NCBI GenBank assembly: GCA_029717555.1
Contig: JAMDHS010000025.1
Coordinates: 62,001 to 126,000, forward strand
Length of the DNA stretch: 64,000 nt
Direction of reading: 5' to 3'
DNA from: Peribolospora baueri
Lineage: Eukaryota
Below are positions 55,886 through 64,000 of the stretch, one piece after another. A program made the position numbers and the translations under genes. Every line of letters starts with the position of its first letter. Position 1 is the first letter of the stretch. The notes under the pieces were generated by a model. It had not been told where the DNA came from and made no database searches. It saw only the letters and a program-made list of their open reading frames with translations.

Positions 55886-57943
55886 ATGGGCGCAGATCAT
55901 TCCAAGCCGGCCGCGCCGGAGAGCCAGGCGCACAAGGCCGACCAGCCGACAGGAAGGCTTGACATGGCCGCCGTGAACGAGACCCGAGCGACGGTACGGG
56001 ACACCGTCGAAGACGGCCTGTCCCCCACGCCTCCATTCGTCAAGGAAGCCGACGCCAGCGGCCCACCTGAGCAGGACATACTCGAAGGTGCGCGAGATCC
56101 AGACGAGGTGCCAGAGACAGCAGCACCATCAACGTCGTTGGCCACGCAAGAGGAACAGCAGGAGATCGATCGCGTTCGCCAGGAAGTCATGCGAGCTATG
56201 GCGACGGCCAGTGGAGGCTCTTCTTCTTCCTCTGCCCCGACCATCTCCTCTTCCCCTCCTTCTGCCACCGCTCGCCTTGCTCTCGCAATCTCCCCCTCGT
56301 CCCGGCCAGCTCCATCCCCAGCACGCTCAACCTCCATTGCCTCCGCTGCCGTCCCAGAAGACTTGGCCCTCATCCTTCAGTCTGGAATCCACGAGGTCCC
56401 CACCGAACCCAGTCTCGAACTAGACAGATTAAGGATGCGCGTAGAGGCTAGTCGTCGGACAGCGGCGGGAAGAACGACAAATGGGAGCGCTATTATTTCG
56501 ATCGACGGACAACCCGAAGGCGAAGGAGATGTACTGGGGATGGCACCTGCGAAAAAGAGGAAGAGGAACGGCTCAACGTGGGTTCCTTTCCGCCAGTGCT
56601 CGCTCGTATCGCTTTCGACCCTAACATAGCGTGCACCCCTTCTTTTCTGTTCTGTGTGGTAACAGCTCTTCTACCTCTTCGGCATCGTCTTCCGGCTCCT
56701 CCTCCGTCACTTCAACTTCGTCATCATCTTCTTCGTCGGCAGCCTCCTCAGACTCGGAGGAAGCTGCGAACGAGGACGAAGGACAAGCTGCAGACTACGA
56801 CGACGACGAAGAGGAAGCCCCCGTCCCCGTCGGCCCCGGAGCTTTTGCAACAAAACACGAGATGGTCGTGCCAGATGTACTCAAACCGGACGTGGACGTC
56901 GTTCCGTCGGAGATGCCGATCACATTCATCGGACGTGTACACAGCGTCGTGGATAGTGTCGTCGTTGTCGAGGCTTTTCCTCCTTCTGCCGAGACGGACG
57001 ACGAGAAGAACCAAGGGCGGGAGCGGGGATCGTCGGATTCGGATGTCGGGGCAAGAATGGGTGCTGGTGCTAGTGCCTCCGGGAAGGAGACCGGACGCGC
57101 GATGGAGGAGTTGAAGGTTCTCGATACGGAGAGCTTGCTTTGCTTTGCCGACAGGACGGTATTGGGTTTGGTAAGTCATCCCCTTCTGTCAGAATAGGCC
57201 AATCAGTGAAAGTGGCGCGCTCTCGGCACTGATCTTGCGTTCCGACCTTTGCCCAACGGATTGACCAGGTTTTCGAAACTTTCGGCCCCACCACCGCGCC
57301 GCTTTACTCCATTCGCTTCGATTCCGCCACTTCTCTTCGTACCCAACATCCGAGCCTCCAACCCGGCGAGCCCGTCTATCATGTTCCCTCCCGTTCCTCG
57401 TATGTGTTCACCCGTCTCTTGGTGAAGCAGAAGGGTTCGGATGCGAGCAATCAGTGGGACGAGGAGCCCGAGTTGCACGAGCTCGAGTTCTCTGATGACG
57501 AGGAGGAGGCGAAGTGGAGGAGGGAGCTGAAGATGAAGAAGAAGGGCGGTAAGGCTCACGAGGGCGCCTCGGGCGGCGCCGGTCCAGCGGGTCCGGCGGG
57601 ACGTCGAGGAGGACGAGGAGGGGCGGGCGGGAAGAGGGGCGCATATCGACCAGGGAGCGTCGGTGTCAGAAGCGCGGCCGCGGGCGCCGGCTCGTCTTTG
57701 ACAAGGCGCGACCTCGACGCCCCGGCGCCCCAGGATGTCGCCATGTCCTCCGCGCCGCCTTTGATGTACGATCCCGACGACCTCGGCTACGCGTTCCTCG
57801 CTCGCCGGGCCGCCCCATCGCCTCTCGCGGGGATGGGTGCGCCTTCAGGGACGCAGCCGACAGAAGGCTACGATCCCACACACGCCGCCGTTCCTCTTCC
57901 TCCTAGATCCTTCTACCCGCCCCAACCCCCGTCCTACTATTGA
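55886..57943 (+). CDS. NAF1: H/ACA RNP assembly factor (Gar1/Naf1 domain)
   Basis: Acidic/Ser-rich N-terminus, IGRVHSVVDSVVVV, LDTESLLCFADRTVLGL|VFETFGPTTAPLYSIRF, KGSDASNQWDEEP..EFSDDEEEA, RGG-rich tail. Confidence 0.9.
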
Positions 57944-58176
57944 AGACATGTAAATCTGTCGTCGGCCATTCCTTTATCTCTATGCCACACCCACGCTCGC
58001 CCCGTCGTCGGTAGTCAATGTCCATTGCATTGCATTGCATTCCAATCGACCCGAAACCCGATCGCATGGAACTCTACATCCATCACGCCCGTCGCTCGCG
58101 CTCCCGTCGCCCTGCAAGAACGGCCGGCCCGGCCGGAATGGCCGAGCAGCACGCATGACGATGTGCAAATGCAAGT

Positions 58177-61085
58177 TCACCACAGCCAGCCACCCTTCTT
58201 GCGGATCACCAGTTCGGTCGGCCCGTTCTTTTCTTCCACGTCCTTCCATAACAGTTCCCGTGTCCTGCCGAGGCTTTCGATCGCCTTTGGGAGCACCGAA
58301 CGCGAACCGAACCGAACGAGGTTGAGTAAGGATAAAAGCCATTCACCTGGTCAGAATGTGCGAGCCACGGAGTGGCTAGAGCGTGCCGGCCGAGCAAGGG
58401 CAGACTCACCGCGACACGATCCATGACACGTTCAAGCTTGTCCGCGAAGCCGTCCTGCTCAGAGATCTTCCTGAACACTCGCAGGAGGACCGTGTTCTCT
58501 GCACTGACTTCGTGGAACGAATTGATGTGAATGGCATTGATCTGCAATGGTGGAATGGAGGTGGCAGTGCGGAAAAAAGTTTATGAAGTGAGTAACGGCG
58601 AATCGGAGCGAGCGACATGGACGAATCTATCAGGGCACTATGAAGGCGGCCATGATAGGGATCGGAAGGAAAGACAAACTAACGTGATCCAATTCGCCGA
58701 TGTAGTCCGGCCTTGTCATAATCTGCCGAACCTCTCCCCACGGGATCTTGGGCTCGACGAGGACCTTCGTGGCCGCCTCTTCTCCCATCTCTTCTGCAAT
58801 CTTCTTTTCTCCTTCTGCTTGTCTTCGAGCCAACTCGGAGAAGAGAAGCCAGGAACATGTGGACCATTTCTGCTCGTCCATGACGTCTATGCGCCAAAAA
58901 AGGCCATAGAGAACAAAGGTAAAAACGTTATGGTGAGACTGGGTGGACGATGGAACGCTGAGATGAGGATGGAAGCAACGACGCACCGTCGTCGTGGTCT
59001 TCGATGATGGATGTCTTGGACAGAATCCAAGCCTCCTCGTCCCTGACCTTGTGCTGACAGGCGACTGTGAGGTAAGAGCGATGGACGAAAATGCCTTTCA
59101 GCCCTTTTTCACGGGGCGAGTAAACCCGCGCTACAATGAAAGGAACGGGGCTTTGGCACTCACGGAGCATATCAGGCTTCCGAGCCGCCATGTTGATCAG
59201 ATTCAGGCGGCCACCGACAATCTGGTAGATTTGATTGAATTGCTCGTCCGTCACGGCTTCGGCTGCCTCATCGCCCCAATACTGTCGCCTGCATTCTCGC
59301 AGGGCGTGGAAGGCTTGTTCACGGTTGAGATTGTTGAACGTTATGCTGGGGGACAAGAGGATATGATGGGTGAATCGACGGCCGGCGCGCTTTGCCTGAT
59401 GCCTCGTCTCTGCCAAAGACACTCCTCACACGTCCATTCGACTGGCGGTTTTGCCTTGTCACGCCACGGGGACAAGAATAGCGCCCTCCAGCAACGGTAA
59501 GCCAGTTCGTCCGAGTACAGCATACTGTAGATCTTCGTTTGACTCACGACACCGATCATAAACCCAGTAGTCGTCCGTGGTGATCACGAAAGTAGCCGCG
59601 CCTGCGCTGGCCCACGCCTCTGCACGCTGCTGGAAGAGCGTGAGCAAGCGCCAGCCGTCCTCGTCGTTTGGAAGGAGGTGAGCGGCGTTCATCACGATCA
59701 CCACGGGCTTCCTGCGGGTTTGATACATCTCCAGGACGGCCTGTTTCGCAGAGGGCCAGCATGAGCAAAGCATAGCCGGTCGAGCCATGAGATGAAGGAA
59801 GGCCTGGACGCTTTCCGCCCTCTCCTTGCTCACTTTCTCAAGCTTGTGCAACGCCCTCTCCAAGCACTGGTTCGGCAACATGTTGGACAGATCCGAGAGG
59901 CCAAGTAGGTTGCCCAGATAGTCGCGATTATTGGTGAAGTTGATGGCTTCACTGAAGCGGTCGATGGTGACCGCTGGGTCCGGATGGCAGTCGAAATATG
60001 CGACGCCTATGTTAGTGGGCGAGAAGAGCGGGGGAGGACACGGTGCCAGTGCCTGTCAGCACAAGTTATAAAGATCCTAAGCGCAAGATTGGACAGAGCT
60101 CAAACCGACCATCTGCATCAATCCCCTTCATCGCATCGAGCAGCATGGTGGCTTTCCCCTGGCCCTGTTCAGGGCATGACGCTCTATCATATCAGCACGA
60201 ATACCGAGCACGGTCTCAGGTCTACCTCTGAGAGAACCCCACCTTGGTGCCCATGATCAAGTAGTAGTGTCCTCCCATTTTTCCTTGCAAGATTTCGTCA
60301 ACCAACTTGCGCTCCGGTCGGTCCACGAGGTCGACGTGGGCGAGATGAGCACCACTGTTGAGCAAGGCCAAGCAAGGGTCGTTGCCTGGCTGGAAGGCGA
60401 TCTTCATCTTGCGCTGCACGTCCCATTTGTACCATTTCACATAGGCAGTGCCGGCAAACTGGAGGGGAGAGACCATTTGGGACGAAGAAAGAATGAAAAT
60501 TGTGAAGGAAGCGAAAACAGACAGACGCTGTCGAGGAGGGAGGGTGATCAGGGTGCAGAGAGAAGACTACCGTAGACTCACACCAAGTAACACGATGCCT
60601 AAGCTTGTCCCCAACGCCGTCTCCGCCGCCGTACTATTGAAGAACCCGGACCGCTCCCTTTTCTCTCCCGCCCCACCACGCTCATGGCTCGGCCCTCCTC
60701 CTCCTTCTCCTCCTCCTCCACCGCCGGCACCACAGCCACCTCTGGTACGAGCGGCAGAAGCCTGAAGGTCGCCTCCATCCGACGTTTCCCTGATTACCTG
60801 CTCCGACGCTGCATGCTGCTGCGCGACGACATTGCCCGTATTCTCCGGCCGAGCTACCTTGGACGCCACGGGCTCGTGAGGATATGAGGGCCCAGAGGGA
60901 GAGTGGGACGGGCTTCCAAACGATGAAGAGGCGGGCGAGGGTCTTGAGAGGTGGAAAGGGCGAATGGGCCGCCTCAGTGCGGTGGTCGGGTAAACAGGAG
61001 CGGAGTGAGCGGTCGTCCTCGCAATTCCTAGTGATGAAATGGAAGCTCGAATGAGAGACGAAGTCGAAGCCCTGGTGGTCGCCAT
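58177..61085 (-). CDS. Mitochondrial-targeted membrane-anchored P-loop NTPase (AAA-like) of unknown function, multi-exon
   Basis: Arg/Ser-rich presequence, transmembrane ALGTSLGIVLL, YYLIMGTK|GQGKATMLLDAM Walker A-like motif, LERALHKLEKV, QQRAEAWA, VGGRL, last exon AIESLGRTRELLWKD..W-TGA. Confidence 0.75.
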
Positions 61086-63003
61086 CCGGACTTGAGGAAG
61101 AAGACGAGTCCACGAAGGGAGCGCGCCTTAAGAAACACGGCTGAGAAGTTGGAGACTGAGGAACCGGAGAACAAATAGGCAACTAGGGGATACAGAGACA
61201 CGTACGGTACACCGCCGCGACCGAACCTGGCGCTGGTAGGTGGTCGGGACGAGGAGCATCCGCGGCTTCTTCCAGGCTATGACGCGCACGAACGCGTTTC
61301 AGTGCAGTCAGTGAGCGCAGTCAGCGATGCATGCGAACTGCCCTCAGCTTGAAAAGCATTCCATGTCGTCTCCCGTGGACTTTACAGGCAAGAAAGAATA
61401 CCGCAGGAAAGCAGCTACGTAGTATTGAACACGGAGGAGCCTTGGCGACGGATGCAGAGGAATTGATCGTAGACAGGCTCCCTGAAAACGTCTTCACTCG
61501 CTTCTCGCGATTCTGCACGTACAAAAGGAGGAGTCCTTTCTCCATCTCTACCTAGAGAGTTGCTCCCCTATCCGGACTGTGGCCTTGAAGGTGGTCATCC
61601 CTTGTACGCGCACGGTACTCATAAATGGATTCCCTCGCGTTACCGACGGTCGAAAATGATCGCGCGGAGCTCGGGATGTGCTTGGTTACTCTCTTTGGCA
61701 ATCGCGAAGACAAGGCCGCCAGAGCGTAGGCAAAGGTGTGAGAAGGTCAGGTCATCTTCAGTGCTGTTGATGGAGTGCAAATTCCACTGGGTCTTGCTAG
61801 GGGTCCTGGGGAGGGCGATCGTCTTGGGTAGGGGGGCAGCACTGGGGAAAGGGGAAGAGGTAATAGCAATAAAAAAAGACGGGGAGAACGACAACGCTGA
61901 GAGGAAGGAGATCAATAAGACCAATCCGGAAGGGACTTTGTCTCGCTTGTCTCCACCTCCGCCGCCCATGGCGTCAAGATCTATCGTCAAGCGACCGAGC
62001 GCTGTTGCCATAGTCCCCTCGTCGTCACAGCGCCCCTTCTTGACCCTCATCGCTCGTCGTCGCACATAACCACTATCGGCCCTTGGAGTCGGGGCGAAGA
62101 AACAAACGACGTGCCTTGACTAGCGCTAATCTCATCAGTTGAAGAACCTGCTACCCATCTGATGGGGCTGAATAGAACATCCCGAAGCGCGTATCGTCGT
62201 TGGGCTCCTTCGCTGATCGGGCCACTCAGCAGAGGCGGACGCTCAGAAGCAGGGGTATCCATTCACCGGTAAGGCTCTGTCTGAAGCATCCTTCTCGGTA
62301 TTTCCCCAACCCTTCTCCGCAATATATCAGCCGTCAAGTGATCCTCTCCAGTCGTCAAGGCGATCTGAAAAAAAAAGACGCAAAAGGGTCGCCTGCGATG
62401 CTAACGGACAAAGAAGAGGAGCCCGCCGACCTCGAGCATACAGCGTCGGCATCCGCGGCAAGCTTCTGCCCTCCCCTCGGACGAGATGCAACTTGTTTGA
62501 TGCCGGAGCGACGAAGGACAACAAGCAAGGTATGAAAGGAATCAGTATCTAGTCACCGCAAGCACTCTGCAAGGCCCAGCTCAGACTCGAGTTGAGAAAG
62601 GTCGACGCCCAGGCGGCCCACCGACTGAAGAACCATCGTCCTCATGAGCACATGCGCGTGCAATGCATTTTGGTCACGTGCTCGCCAAGTGGCCCGACCA
62701 CCAGCGCCTTTCACGCTCTTCCCCTCCCTCTCCTTCCGCCATCAGATTTCCCCCGCAAACCTCCACCCCCGCATGCCCTGTCTGTATCGCGGGGTACACG
62801 TATACTAGGCCAGACAAGCAGAACGGCACGCAACGCTCAGCAACCCATCGCTTCTGGTCCGCCTGGATGCTTTGAGGTGAGCTTCCCCGTCTGCGCGGTA
62901 CTTTCGCCATCTCGCTTTTCCCCCCGCTGACCTCCTGAGTCGATCTTCCGCGGTCATCTCACCCCGCTACACCACTCTTCGACGTGCGCAGTCACGAGCT
63001 GTC

Positions 63004-64000
63004 ATGATGGAGCAACCTGAGACTCAGCCTCCCTTCCAGCCCACCTTGGGTCCTGGGCCTGCGGACACCTTCGACTTGGGAGACGCCCAGCAGCCTTCCA
63101 CTTCGTTTACGTCCTCCTCGCCAATGTCGTCTGACGTTCCGACTGAAGCTGCCGGCAACCCGCTCTTCACGCCGCTAGAGTCACAGTACATGGCCGAATC
63201 GATGCGCAACATGGACGTCTTCGACCCGTTTTCTGCCTCAGCAGCAGCAGAAGCAGCAGCAGCAGCAGGAGGCTCTGCGAGCTCCGGACAGACGTTCCAG
63301 GGCCCGCCGGCCATGTATCCGCCGACCTCTGGGCCTAACCCCTTCGGCATGTCGACGAAGGACGGCTCTCTAAATGTGGACGAATTGCCCCTTTACCCTC
63401 CTGCCGCCTCAACCAGCCTGCCCTTGCGTTCATTCGCCCAGCCGGGCATGCCCCGCGAGGGCTACAGCGAGCAGCACGTTGCGGCCAGCTCGAGGCTAAG
63501 CCTTTTGACTGCCTTCGCACCCAACAGCGATGTTGCTATGAGGATAGACAGGGAGGTGCGCGAAGAGCAAGAACGGTATAAGTGGGATCGCCGGGGACAG
63601 GCGGGAGGAAGGAACAGCTTCAGTGGTTTCGTGCACGGAGGAGGCGCGCATATCCTCGAGGGCGGACTGGGCTATGGCGTCCCGCACCCCAGAGCACAAA
63701 GCTTCTCTAGCGGTAGCGGACCCGGAAGCTCCTCTTTCACCTCTTCTCTTTCTTCCGCAATAAACGCTCCCGACACGCGAGAACGTCCGTCCAGCGCCTC
63801 CTCTTCTTCCCGCTCCGGATCGCTGAATGGTCGGTTAGGCGACTCCCTCATTGCCCTCGGCCTCAGCTTTCCTTCGTCTCATACCTTCCCCGCTGCGCCT
63901 CGCGCCCAAGGGATGGTCGTCGAATCCCCTTCGGCGCCATCTGCGACGACGACCGCCACTTTCTCTACCAGCCTTCCTCACACATATCGCGGCTCGAGCA
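63004..64000 (+). CDS. Partial ORF/exon of a Ser/Pro/Ala-rich protein running off the window edge
   Basis: Stop-free reading frame from ATG 63004 (MMEQPETQPPFQP..) to 64000; preceded by a GT-AG intron (~62877-62991), so upstream exons are likely. Confidence 0.55.
   Translation, partial: MMEQPETQPPFQPTLGPGPADTFDLGDAQQPSTSFTSSSPMSSDVPTEAAGNPLFTPLESQYMAESMRNMDVFDPFSASAAAEAAAAAGGSASSGQTFQGPPAMYPPTSGPNPFGMSTKDGSLNVDELPLYPPAASTSLPLRSFAQPGMPREGYSEQHVAASSRLSLLTAFAPNSDVAMRIDREVREEQERYKWDRRGQAGGRNSFSGFVHGGGAHILEGGLGYGVPHPRAQSFSSGSGPGSSSFTSSLSSAINAPDTRERPSSASSSSRSGSLNGRLGDSLIALGLSFPSSHTFPAAPRAQGMVVESPSAPSATTTATFSTSLPHTYRGSS

Noticed and set aside
58283..58409. Recursive AG|GT splice site inside the last intron of the NTPase gene
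   Set aside because: The CTGAC branch motif directly abuts the internal CAG, and the intron has ordinary length.

Overview
Eukaryotic, GC-rich, intron-dense fungal DNA with GTRAGT/GTGCGT donors, CTRAC branch points and roughly 60-230 nt introns. The gene content and architecture suggest a basidiomycete (inference). About 19 genes are recognisable, many in head-to-head pairs: RPT3, a TPR co-chaperone-like gene, a DnaJ/X-domain gene, TRAPPC11, twinfilin, phosducin-like PLP2, a small basic/acidic protein, PEX1, PRO3, gluconokinase, an Aco2-type aconitase, a small membrane protein, a PI-PLC pseudogene, SOG2, PRP4 kinase, RIB1, NAF1, a mitochondrial P-loop NTPase, and a gene running off the right edge. 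The non-housekeeping signals are: (1) a decayed LINE-like gag/ORF1 with a 116-bp fold-back, abutting an apparently 5'-truncated PRP4 kinase gene; (2) a candidate nested spliceosomal twin intron and a GC-AG intron in the aconitase gene; (3) a PI-PLC pseudogene; (4) a TIR-bounded ~215-bp element; (5) a candidate C/D snoRNA; (6) degenerate duplicated blocks at 24.3-25.6 kb. Gene boundaries were spliced by eye and are approximate. No database searches were run.
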